DNA of 64,000 nt from Anolis carolinensis (lineage: Eukaryota), in NCBI RefSeq assembly GCF_035594765.1, contig NC_085846.1:93297190-93361189 (forward strand), written 5' to 3'. Of this stretch, positions 1 through 12,300 are shown piece after piece. Every line of letters starts with the position of its first letter. Positions within the stretch are counted from its first letter, which is position 1. The notes beneath the pieces are model-generated. The model was given only the letters and a program-made list of their open reading frames with translations. It made no database searches and was not told the DNA's origin. A program made the position numbers and the translations under genes.

Positions 1-1651
1 CACCTTGCCCATCTGTGATATGCTGTGACAGTCATCATTATCTCACAATCTTAAAAAAATCCTTTACAGTGTGCTTCTAATCTTCAGCATCTAAGGAATA
101 TATTCTTGAGTTTGTGTGTGAATTGGGAAAATAAATATATAGAGAGAATATATAGAGTTTCCGCCCCATACCGGATGACAGCTGTTTCATCTTGCTGCTT
201 AGCAAGATGAGATATAGTGTTGGATAACCAGGGCTGTAGTAATGAAGGACCTAGAATTTCATGACAGATAACAAAAATATTGCAATTTTGTATGTGTAAT
301 TGCAAGGTACAAGGTATCTGAGCAAACAGGTGGTGTTCTATTGAAAATAAATCTCTGTTGTAGAAATGGAGAGGAACACAGGAACATTATAGCATGTAAC
401 TGAACTGCAGCCATATAGTACTAACAGTGACACAATCCAGATATTTATATTTATTTCTCTTGGTTTTATTATCTGGCTTCCATCCCAGAATTTGAGGCTG
501 CTGTATTGGCAGTTCAAAAGTTTTCACGTGGCTCTCTGTAGTGTATTTGGATTAAAAGTGGGAGGCCTTGTTTTTTTCTCCTGCACACCAGTTTCCCTTT
601 CCTACTTTACATATTTGGTGAATTTTGTCATGCTGTGAGGTGCTTTCCAATGAGTTAATCTGTTGAAAATGCTGTGAGACTAGTCATTCTTAAGGAACTA
701 GAATGAGCCAGAGAAATAGCCTTTCCCAATTTTAGTACAAATGGTTTTGTTTGTTAAAAAAAAAACCAACAACCACAAAGCTATAGAAACATAGGATGGA
801 AAAATGCTCTAAAGTATTTTGCTCGGCCTAAAGCTCATCTAGTCCAATTTCTACTGAAATAGGAAACTCATAGGTATAATATCCCTGACAGATGACCATC
901 CAACCTGTTTAAAAATCAAAAGAGAAGACACTCTCCGGGAAAGGTGGCTGCTGCTAGATCTTTGTTTCTGACTTGCAGCAACCCAGAGAAAAATTTAGCA
1001 TGGGATATTTTCTTGGCAAGATTTGTTTGGATGGGGTTTGCTGAGGCTGAGAGAGAGTGACTTGCCCATGAGTTTCCATGGCCAAGTGCTGATTTTATTA
1101 TGGTCTCCAAGAATCATTTTCCAACATTCAAACTGCTATCCCATGCTGGCTCTCAATGAGCGAGATGTCTTTCTCATATTCATATTCATGAACAATTTAG
1201 TGACTGCGTTTTGGATAAGGACTGTCCATCATATTGGCTTCATGGTGGAGCTCAACTCTTTTTAAATGCACAACTGCTGTCAGTGGGTATTATTTAACCG
1301 AATACATTTGTTTAGTCATACGAGGCAGATCTTTTCAGCTTTCTTTTGGAAGGAAACTATCATGCTGGAAATGGCTTTAAAATGGGTTGTAACAGCCAGG
1401 GGTTTTTATCCCTCAGTGAACATGGATTTTTACAGTCCGCAGGTGGTGGGAATTGACTGAAAACTTGGAAAGGTCCGACCAGCAGTGAGCCCTGCAGCTA
1501 CCACACGCTGGACAGATTTCAAAATATATGCTTTGGGGGCAGTGAAAATTGAAGCCAAAGCCACCAAAATTAGAAAACACGTGGGAAAAAATCTAGATGA
1601 ATAAAGTTAACCCTCCTTTTAAAAATATTTCCCCTTTTTTCTCTTTTTCAG

Positions 1652-4600
1652 AGCACTTTTTCGTGGAAACTCAGATGTTGATCAACTAGGAAAAATCTTT
1701 GAGTAAGTAATAGCTTCTTGCATTTTCTTCTCAAAGTATGCCCTTCTGCTTCACTTTTAGTGTACTGAAGGTACAGTCTTCACACATTTGTTACACAAAA
1801 ATCCAGATATCTTCGTTTTGGTGTAGTTTCTGTCTCACTATCCTACTAATGATTATGGTAGATTAGATCTAGACTTAGGCCAGGGCTGCACTGCCATATA
1901 ATGCAGTTTATATGTACATTATAAGTACATTATATGGTCAGTGTAGACCAGTATTTCTCAAACTCTGCTCCTCCAGATGTTTTGGACGTCACCTCCCACA
2001 ATTCCTAACACCTGGTAAGCTGGCTGGGATTTCTGGGAGCTGAAGTTCAAAACACCTGGAAGAGCAGAGTTTGAGAAACACTGGTGCAGACTCATGTACT
2101 GCAGTTTAACTGCATTGAACTGCATTCTTTGAGTCCGCACTGACCATATGATGCATTTTCAAACTGGAATTTCATTTTTGCTGTTTCACATCTATATAAA
2201 GATTTCATTTCTTGTCTGCTTATAGTAACTTGTTGACTCAGAATGTTGTACCAGAACTAAGTGGAGCAAATGAGAACCTTATATCAGTGAAAGCTGTTTG
2301 CATGAAAAGCAAGGGATGCAATTTTCCTCACATTGTGTCACACCTATTCCTAGACATTTTCATTTTGAGCTACACATTTTCAGTAGCTGGTTTTTCTTTG
2401 ACTCAAGTTGGCTTCCATTTCCTGTGCTGTGCCCCATTATAGATGACTCATCCGCATGGTTAATTCGTCATGCCACCAAATAGCTTTTCCCTGCACAATC
2501 TAGAAAGAAAATCAACCTTCCGTGGTTTTGTTTTTTCTGGCTTTGACAGTTGTGTCTCTGGTTCATTTATATCTGGCTTGTGCTAGATAAAGAATGTTCT
2601 GATGTATGTATTACTGTATCTATTTTCATAGTATCAGAATCATGGCAATCCCCCCTCCAAAGACCATGACAACGAATAAGATTGAGCTGCCAAAAACTGA
2701 CTTTTCTAACTGTTTCTAGTGGGTACAATTTGCTGTGTAGAGAAGAATTTCTAATCAGAAACAGGAATGATAACGCCTGCCTGAGCAAGCCACAATACAT
2801 TAATTATTATGTAATTTGTTTGGGGTTGAACTGTATTTTAATATTTCTTTTATTCTTTTATCTCCACAATAGGCTTGCTATTACATTTCCCTTTTCACAC
2901 CTGGGAGTTCAAAAAGATTAATTGCTTTTAGGAAAATGATACTTTCAACTGTTCTAGGATACAGATGAAAGGGAGAGTTACTTTTTAGACTACAAATTCT
3001 GGAATCCTTCACTAGGGGCATGGGTTTTTGATCATTCAAAAAAGTAACATTTCCTTGTTCTGATATTAGAAAAGGTTTTACATGTTCTTTGGCAAGATAT
3101 GAAGAAAATCTTCATCATCACTACTATTCTACTGTACTCTGCTCTTCTTTCTTTCTTTCCTTTTTATGTTAAGAGGAGAAACTAAAACACCACCAATCTC
3201 CCATTGTTTCTACAATTAGATACAAATACTCAGAAATTCTCTTTCACTTCCTTGTCCTACAGTTCCCCACAATGCTTTATTATGGGCTATTTCTGCACAT
3301 CTTCTCTTTTAGTGATGTGCATCTTTTAGTGCATCCCCAAGGCAAGTGAAACTGTGAACCACTCCCAAGTTAGCAGGCTGAATAGCCATTCCCAGAGCCA
3401 TTTGAAAGAGAGGAGAGAGAAAAGCAGCCATTTGGGAGCTTAGAATCATAGAGTTTTAAGGAACTAAAAGGTTATTTCGTCCAACTTCCTGCTGTGATGC
3501 ACCCTCCATCCACCACTGTCTTTTTTATTTCTGTGCACAGACAGAAAGGCAAATGTATTACCAAACGTACTGAGCACTTAAGAAAAGTGTCATGCAAATA
3601 CTGAGGCTGAAGTCCAAAGGACTCTCAATGGATAGGAATTCTTTTGCCATCAGTGAGAAGTTATATTTTTCAGTATTTTTTTATTTATTTCCCATACTTA
3701 TACCCCGCCTTTCTCACCCCAAAAGGGACTCAGGCGGCCTCACAATAGGCAGCAATTCAATATATAGTTTTGGTCAGTTGGTTTTAGTAGACCTACATAT
3801 GATATGGTTCCAGGACCCTTCACATAATATAATTTTTCCATAAATTAGAACTGTATTTTTCTTACCTGAATTGAACAGATAATAAAACGTGGGTTGCTGT
3901 GAGTCTTTCGGGCTGTATGGCCATGTTCCAGAAGTTTTCTCTCTTGACATTTCACTCATATCTGTGGCAAGCAGCCTCAGAGGTTGTGAGATATGTTGGA
4001 AACTAGGCAAGGGAAGTTTACATATCTGTGTAAGGTCCAGGGTGGGAGAAAGAACTCTTGTCTGTTGGAGGCAGGTGTGGATGTTGTAATTAATCACCTT
4101 AATTAGCATTTGATGGCCCTGTGATAATAAAAAATCACTCTGAAAGACCTAGACTTTCAGCTGAATGTCTGGGCAAAGTTGTCCATAGACTCACACCGGA
4201 ATTCTTGAGAAAACACTTCTCTACGCATTTTCTAGATCCTCCAAAGCGACTCTATAGTATTCAAAGCTCTTCGCATTCAACAGGCTTGGGTAATAAGTGT
4301 ACAGCAGTGGTTCCTAACCTTCAACTCCCAGAAATCCCAGCCAGCTTACCAGCTGTTACAAATTGTGCGTATGTAATGTGTTCCTGGGATTATCTTCTGT
4401 GGTAGCAGATGGGGAAGTGGGACAGTGTCATACCAGTTTTCAAAAAGGGATTTGAGGATCCTCGTTAACACAGCATCAGTTCCAGTTTTATTGGTAGAAA
4501 GTATTAAGAATAAAATTAAACCAGGCTGTGGCGCAGCTGGTTAGTAGCCAGCTGCAAAAAATCACTACTGACCAAGAGGTCATGAGTTCGAAACCAACCC

Positions 4601-7600
4601 GGGTCGGATTGAGTGCCCATCATTAAATAGCCTAGCTTGTGGTTTGCCTAAGCAGCCCAAAAGACAGTTGCATCTGTCAAGTAGGAACATTTAGACACTG
4701 CTTATGTGGGAGGCTAATTTAACTAATTTAGATCACCATAAAAAAGTCCAGCAGCGTGCGTGCGGAAGAATGAGTAAGTACTCCATCAAGGACTCAGTGT
4801 CACAGTGGATGATGAAGGAGCAGCTCCCCCTGTGGCCGGAATTGAGCATACCCTCATGAAGCTGGAAGCTGGAATGTTAAATAGCCTCTGTGTCTCTGTC
4901 TATATGTCGTATGTCTAATGACATTGAATGTTTTCCATGTATATGTACATTGTGATCTGCCCTGAGTCCCCTTCGGGGTGAGAAGGACGGAACAGAAAAA
5001 GTAAATTCTATCTTGTTAGGGTTTTTTTTTTTTAAAGATGTCAATAAAAATGTGGACAAGTGTAATCAAATAGACATTACTTATTTGGACTTCCCAAATG
5101 GTTTTGATACAGCCTTGCACCAAAAATCCCTAAGCAAATATTGTCATGGGACAAAAAGAAAAAGTCAGCTTAAAGACTTAACCTGAGGAGGAAGCAAACA
5201 TTTCTCACCATGAATAGACTGCCGGATTGATTAAAATATTTACATCTGGCTCTGTATCACAAGATCTTAGGGCAGCAGAGAAATGGCTCACATGGGGACC
5301 AAGCCCAGCAATACATAATAAAATACAATCACATAAATACATTTAAAACATATAGACATAAAATCATAAAACATATAATACATTGAAACATACTCAAAAC
5401 CAATAGCTAATAGTCAGGAGTAGTGAACATATTCCACTGGGGGCAAGGCAAATGTTGTCTGTCTACAATATCTTATAAACCTCTACTGAATGGACCAGAA
5501 GAAGTGCAGTAGCTAGTTCTAGGTGGAGGTAAGGGACAGTTGTCAATTTATGCTAATTTGGTCAAATGCACATTTAAATAGCCAGGTTGTTCAGTTAAAC
5601 AATATAAATTATTTCCAAAAATGTAAAAGAATAAGGAATTGTTTAAATGGGTTATCAGACTTGAGCTCTCAATAGAAACCAAGATGACAAAACTGGGGCT
5701 GTCATACCTTGGGTAGGTCATGAAATAATATGACTTTTTGGAAAACCCCATAATCTTCATAAAGTAAAATGCTGTAGAAAAGGAGGAAAAGGAGGAGGAG
5801 GAAGGACTGCATCGGAAGTGGATTGATTCAATCAAGAAAAACATGGTCCTGATTTTGTAAGACATGAACAGAGAAGCTGATGGCTGTTGGAAATCTCCCA
5901 TTCATAGGGTCACTATAAGTCAAAATCAACTTGAAAATAAATAACAACAATAATATATTGACAGTTTAATTGTTTAAAACATATTTATTAGAGATCTAAG
6001 GCTTTAATTAATGTTTTAACTTGGTATTGGAGTGAAAATGTGAATAGCAGGATCCTACAGGAATCAGTACTCAGGTTGGTGTTGCTTGACTTATTCCTAA
6101 ATAGCTAAAGTGGAGTGAGCAGTTGGGTCCAAATTTACTAATGTCACTATATTATTTAGGGTCATGAGAACAAAAATGGATGGTAAAGATTGTAAAAAGT
6201 ACCTTTCCAAACTGGAAGAAGGAGCAGTAAAAGGGCAAATGAGAAAGAGGCAAAGTAATGTGTGGCGTGGATCATCCCCTGAAGTTAAATGATGAAAAAT
6301 ACTCATTTTTCACACAGTGTGTAGCCAAATCATAGAATTCATATTTAGATGTAGTTGCAGCTGATGATTTGGATGGTTGATTGATTTAGGGAGGTCCCTG
6401 ACTAATAACAACGTAAATGTGTATCACTTGCCATGACTGGCAGTATTTTGGGAAAGAGGAATGTTGGTGCTTTTGAGTCAGTGTTCAGCTTGGAGATGTT
6501 CCATAGGCCAGATGGATAGTATTCAGTCTAATGCAGAATGCCTCTTTTTTCTTCTTTCACTGAAGAACCAAAAAACAAATACAGTGAATAGGGTTGATGG
6601 GATATTATAATTTCTTCCTAATGCTGTATTCAGAAAATTGCTTTATTGCTGGATGTATGATTTAGTATCAAAACAAACATGCAAGATACAGAGGTAGGAA
6701 AGGAGGTTGAGAGTGAGAGGAAGGTTACAAGAGTTTACATATACAACAATCATAGCCTTCCTACTTTCCCTTCTTCTTGCCTTTAGTATTGGCAGTGGCT
6801 CTAACAATGAAGAACCCTCCACTTGGTCTTGCCCTCGCAGAATCATCATTGCAGCACCCTGGGGAAAAAAACTATTTCTTGGAAATTCAGAGTAGTGCTG
6901 CACTCTAGCGGCACAGCATTAACATTTCCTTTTCATTCAGATCTATCCAGAAAGATGGTTGTTCTGAAGAAATACTAAATTCATACTTGGATCTTGTATT
7001 TAATGTGGAATGAAAGCTAAATATCTCCATGATTCATTTGACACTAAGGTTCCTCAGACTTTCAATTTTCAACAGTTTGTTTTTTGAAAATATTTAAGTT
7101 AAGTTTTCAAGTCTTGTTTCTAGCAGCAATCAGACTTTTAGACAGGCATCTCTCCCTCTTTTTGTCTTTTCCATCTCTTTTTGCATGATTTTCCCATTTT
7201 CTGTCTTTGAACCTGTCTGTTTGTACTCATGGAACTATAAGTTGCAATGTTTAGTTAGTGATGGATCATGTATGATTGTTTTGTCTGTTGTGTTGCCAGG
7301 TTGTCTGTTGACTTGGGGTGATTCCATAGATTTCACAGGGTTTTCTTAGGCAAAGAATACTCAGAGGTGTTTTTTGCCAGTTCCTTCCTCTGAAACAAAG
7401 TGTACGGGACCTGGTATTCATTGGCAGTCTTCAATAATTACCAGGTACTGAATACCAATTACTAACCAGGTCTTACCCTGTTTAGCTTCCAAAATCAGGT
7501 GGGATCTGGTGCCTTTGAGGTAATTAGACCAGACTATTGTATATTTATGGAGTCCCGGTGATGCAACAAGTTAAACCACTGAGTTGCTGAACTTGCTAAC

Positions 7601-9346
7601 CGAAAGGCCGGCAGTTCGAATCTGGGGAACAGGGTAAGCTCCCGCTATTGGCCCCAGCTTCTGCCAACCTAGCAGTTCGAAAACATGCAAATGTGAGTAG
7701 ATTAGTAGGTACTGCTCCGGCGGGAAGGTATTAGCGATCCATGCAAGGTCATGTCGGCCACATGACCTTGGAGGTGTCTACGGACAACACTGGCTCTTCG
7801 GCTTAGAAATGGAGATGAGCACCAACCCCCAGAGTTGGACACAACTAGACTTAATGTCAGGGGGAAAACCTTTACCTTTATTATATAGTTTGATATTCTA
7901 CCATTACCTGTGATGATTTCTGATAACAGATATAAATGTTCTGGTGTTGAATCTTATTATTTAAATGAAAATAACAGTTTGTGGGTTCTAAGGAGTCATC
8001 TGTACTCTGTAAAGTTTTTGTTATGGCAGAAGAAATTTAACAAGCTCTTACCTGTTGGGTTCACTTCCTTAATATGTCAAACGCTTCAGTGATATAAGTG
8101 ACTGGAGAACAGAGCTTGTAAGTAATAAGTATCATATAACCCTTTTTGCACCTTAGGTATAAAACAATCATGTTTCAAAAGTAATGGAAAGAGTCTGAAC
8201 AACGTTATTAGTGTAACAAGCCAGAGTTTTTAAGTCATATTTAAACACTTAAATACATTAAAATGGTGAAAGGAGAATTTCACTATTTTATGCCATTCAC
8301 ATATTCTTTTTTTAACATTTTATTTGCATTATAACTAGTTCTGTTCTACAGCAAAAAAAGGTTCATGTAATAAACCATTCACTTATTCTTATCCACCCAT
8401 GTTTTTTTAACTACTGAAAAAGTAGTGGAAATCAGCTACAGCATAGTTACTGCATTCCTCAAGTGAGTAAGAGATGTCATCAGGTAGTTAAAAATGCAAC
8501 AGTGTGAACGAAGCAGTAAATAATTCTGGTTTTACCTGAAATTAAACCTCCTTGTTTTTCATACAGTGTAATTGGGCTTCCTGATGAAGAGGACTGGCCA
8601 AGTGATGTTGCTCTCCCAAGGAATGCTTTCACTTCTCGGACTCTTCAGCCTATTGAACGTTTTGTAACAGATATTGATGAACTAGGCAAAGACTTCCTAC
8701 TTGTAAGTGCCAACTACATTGGAGCCTTTGGAGCAAGATATTTGTCAGTATTGCATGATAAAAAAAATACAGTATACTATGTTTGCATTAATAGTACAGG
8801 TTTAGTATCCCTTATCTGAACCATTTTGATTGTTGGTTTTTCTGGATTTTATGTACCTAACAAGACTTCTTGGAGATGAGTCCCAAATCTAAACACAAAT
8901 TTTGTTTATGTTGCACATACACCTTGTAGCCTGAAGGTAATTTTATACACAATATAAAGGTGTCACTGTCTTAGGGAGCTGTGTGGACAATTGTGGATTT
9001 TGAAATATTTTTGATTTTGGAATTCCAGATAACGGATACTCAACCTATACAAGCGATAATAGGTGCAAATAACAAAATCTTTGGTTGCATTTTAGTTACT
9101 TAAAGTAGTGTTTCTGTTCATTATCAAGGACCTATTTTTCTAGACCTAGTTCAGTTTTGCCTCTGTTTGTAATGGTCTAATTTTTCCCTCTATTTACAGA
9201 AATGCTTGACATTCAATCCCACAAAGAGAATATCTGCTTATGATGCATTATCTCACCCTTATTTTCATGATCTGGAGAGATGCAAAGAGAATATGGATTC
9301 GGATATGTCATCCAGTCAGAACTCCACTGAGATGAATACACCATAA
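1652..9346 (+). CDS. CDK6: Cyclin-dependent kinase 6, last three coding exons (5' part outside window): join(1652..1702,8567..8702,9200..9346)
   Basis: AG/GT-bounded exons translate in frame to (K)ALFRGNSDVDQLGKIFD-VIGLPDEEDWPSDVALPRNAFTSRTLQPIERFVTDIDELGKDFLL-KCLTFNPTKRISAYDALSHPYFHDLERCKENMDSDMSSSQNSTEMNTP*, matching the CDK6 C-terminus. Neighbours FAM133B/RBM48/PEX1 match human 7q21. Confidence 0.97.
1949..2083. mobile_element. hAT MITE nested in a Harbinger-like palindromic MITE (~1879-2165)
   Basis: TIRs CAGTATTTCTCAAAC...GTTTGAGAAACACTG; 8-bp TSD gtgtagac/gtgcagac; flanks are the ctgccatataatgcagtt family. Confidence 0.75.
3890..4123 (-). mobile_element. Penelope-like element pLTR fragment
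   Basis: Shares gggttgctgtgag...gtatggccatgttccagaag...ttagcatt with the GIY-YIG-bearing copy at 57098-57685. Confidence 0.75.
4521..4995 (+). mobile_element. tRNA-derived SINE with L2-type tail (AnolisSINE2-like)
   Basis: A box (tggcgcagctgg) and B box (gagttcgaaacc); 3' gccctgagtccccttcggggtgagaagg stem-loop shared with the L2 end near 46720. Confidence 0.75.
5640..5950 (+). mobile_element. Degraded RTE/Bov-B LINE 3' end
   Basis: Decayed RTE ORF end plus cattcatagggtcactataagtc...aacaacaa tail. Confidence 0.5.
7285..7525 (-). mobile_element. 5S rRNA-derived SINE (5S-Sauria-like)
   Basis: acctggtattc...actaaccaggtcttaccctgtttagcttccaaaatcag is a degenerate reverse complement of 5S rRNA, joined to a cacagggttttcttaggcaa body. 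Confidence 0.7.
7549..7880 (+). mobile_element. Sauria SINE, full length
   Basis: tRNA head, cagcttctgccaacctagcagttcgaaaacatgcaaatgtgagtaga core, (ACCTTT)n tail. Confidence 0.9.
8797..9047. mobile_element. Tc1/mariner-pogo (Tigger-like) MITE
   Basis: TIR CAGGTT(T)AGTATCCCTTATC...GATAACGGATACTCAACCT, TA flanks. Relatives at 30177-30383, 39160-39560 and ~42930-43180. Confidence 0.7.
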
Positions 9347-12300
9347 GGCTGCTTAACCTATAGATGAGCAAAACAACCAACTTGTTAAAGTCATCACCGA
9401 GGGTAATTAAAAAAAACACCACTGTTCAATTGATGGTTATTCTTTGGAGCGTCTCCTCGTCTCCTCTCGTACCATTTGTGTACGTCTACAGAGCAACCTT
9501 CTCCAAGGACAAGAACCTAGTTACCTTCAAAGCAATGCAAGAGGCAAGGTGTCAGATGATTCCCACTGTGACTTGATGTTTGTTTAGTTCTATCTAGAGA
9601 ACTTCAATTGCTGCTGACCAGTTTTGCTGCCATTTCCTTCCGCTTAGAGCAAAGGGTGCCGCCATGGATTACAGCAGTCCATTCTCGCTACCAAAACATG
9701 ACTTAACTTCTGTCTCTAGGTGCTGAAGTCTGGTTTGGTATTACTTCGAGTTAGGATGATAAGATTGCCTGTTTATTTGCTTAATGTGATTTCAGGAAAA
9801 AATTCTTAAAGCAATATTTAAAAGACAGACACCAAAACGCTGAAGCTCTGTAGTCTACAGTTAAAGCAAAATGTGTACAAACACATCTGGTGATTGTAAT
9901 CACACAGGAATGTCCTTCCCCAAAAGGAAACATGAGATGATAATTGCAGCATTTCATTGCTCTTTGTCATAAGTTCTTTCTCTTTGATTTTATGAACAGT
10001 GCTATTATGAACAAAATTACACTCACGTGGTAGAGGAAAAGGTGGGTTAAACAAATAATTTATACAGATCTCTTGTTTGGCGAGCATATGTCAATCATTG
10101 CATAAGGTATCTTTAGTCTTGTCAGACGTCGCACTCGTGGTCCTTAGAGAGTGATATATATTTAGACTATGATACCTAGCAAAAAAAAGGTGATGAGAAA
10201 GAATTAAAATCAAATGTTCCTTTCGTTTCGCTTCCATATAATTTCCAATGAGCAATGAATACTTGTTTTTAATAGACTTGCCATTACTATATCCATGTAC
10301 GTAAGGGTAAGCCCCACTGACCTGCTTCTAAATAGTCCATATAGAATTTCACTGTCAGGCTGCAATCCTGTGTAGTTTTTCCTGGGAGCAAGCTATAGTG
10401 AAAACAGTAGGCTGGGGCATATTTAGCCATAGCAGAGCAATAGATTTTAATGACTCTCCTGTAAATATTACTAAATCTGGATGCAGTCCAGTGAGGCTTA
10501 CTTCTGAATAAACAAGGATAAGATTATGCTATGAGGAAGGAAGTATTCTTTGCTGTCATACAACCTATGTGCCATGCCTATAAAAAACCAAGGCATGGAC
10601 AGCTAATTGTCACCAAGCCAACCTTGGTTCTTAGATATTTCTTATAATCAGATCTCATATTTTTATGTATCATAATGTATGAGGTGCCCTCGTGTAACAC
10701 TGCCACTTAGACTGATTATTCTATTGATGCTGTCTCTTTTAGAGTTGCTACAAATGAAAGTAATCTTTGATCAATTTGTCGTAGCACAATTATTTTGATT
10801 TTCAATTAAACTGTGTACATATTTTAAAATGTTTTTTTTAAAAAAAGAATTAGAATTTTTAAAAGAATATTTTATTTTTGTAGTACAAGTTAATGAAATA
10901 TTTTTTAATCTTTGGAAAGAAAAACTATACATGTAACCACAGGTTGCACTGCAGTGACCTAAATGTAGTTCTGGAGAAAATTGCCCCAATGTATTCATAG
11001 CTGCAACAACCTTGGTCACAACAAAAGAATAGGTTCTATTGGAATTATTTGATGGCTATTACAATACGACTTCATGTGGACATGTGAAACTACAAAAAAT
11101 AGAGATTACATATTTTGTTGGAGAATAAATGAGACTGCAAATATTGGTCCTGCAGATACGGGAGTCATAATGTACCTTTAGCATCCCACTATAATATTTG
11201 TTATTTCTGTTGAGCAAGAACTGGGGGACTTATGGCTCTCTCAACATACAACACCAGCAGTGCCTTACCATTGGCTATACATGTTTGGGGCTTTTGGAAA
11301 TGGAAGTCCAAAACATCGGGAGGGCTGAAGGCTCCTTGTCCCTGTATTATCCTGTTGTATTCCTTCCAGCTTACAGAGCTATATTAGCCCTTCTCTCTTG
11401 CGCTTTTTTTTTTTTTGCATGTCCACTCCTTGAAGTCATGCTGAATATTTTCTTTCCTTCGAGTTTCCCATGGCAAAGTCATATGAAGCCCATGTGATTG
11501 AAGGATTTAGGTGTGTAAAATGTCTACATTACAGCAGATTTAGTTTTCTCCAAGTGCTGCTTTTCAATATTTTTGCACCAAAGCATGGAAAAACAAGTGA
11601 TTTGTCTTAGCACCATGTGATGCAGTCTTAGCATCATATAGCTAAGACCATCAGCACATGCTAAAGCTAATGTGTATTGTCTGTGAGGACAGCTACGCTG
11701 CTGGAGCAACTCTGATCCCTAAGGTTTACTGGAGAGGTAATGACAGATTTGTGAAATATACATAGATGCCTAGACTGGTTTGAAAGCCTTCTTGACTTTG
11801 CCTATATCTTACTGCCATGATAATAAGTGTTTCAAAAGATTGCTTTTTTGGACTGGTCATGGTGGTTTGGAAATGTGGGAGTAAATCCCAAAATGTTGGT
11901 TTCCCCAACTTAGCTGTTGAGGCAACCCAAGTGAGCAATTTGAGGTGGACATCCAAGGATATCTTGCATTCAGGGTTTTTCAGAGAATTTATGGGGAATG
12001 GGACAGAAGTAATTCTGGGGTCATTATGATATCCTTCAATGACACATGTGTAAGGAGGGACTGGAGTGAGAAATATGGGATTGTCAATGATACACATGGG
12101 CTGGGGAAGGAAACCTTGTCTTTGGGAGAGGTCAAACATTGCATTTGGAAGAGTCATATTGTCCCTATAGTCCCCTTTACTGGGTAATCCTATTTGCAGT
12201 GACCATCCATTTCCCCGGTGGAAGGTATTACCATGAGGTCTTCTTCATTCTTAGTGCTTATGGCTGCAAAAAGGCATTGTGGTGTTCTGATTTGTACCCA

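Noticed and set aside
1652-1665. CDK6 ALF in place of human PLF
   Set aside because: Ala occurs at this position in CDK2, so it is not remarkable.
7409-7525. 5S rRNA gene; likewise tRNA genes at SINE heads (4521, 7549, 41371)
   Set aside because: Degenerate, rearranged and fused to SINE bodies.
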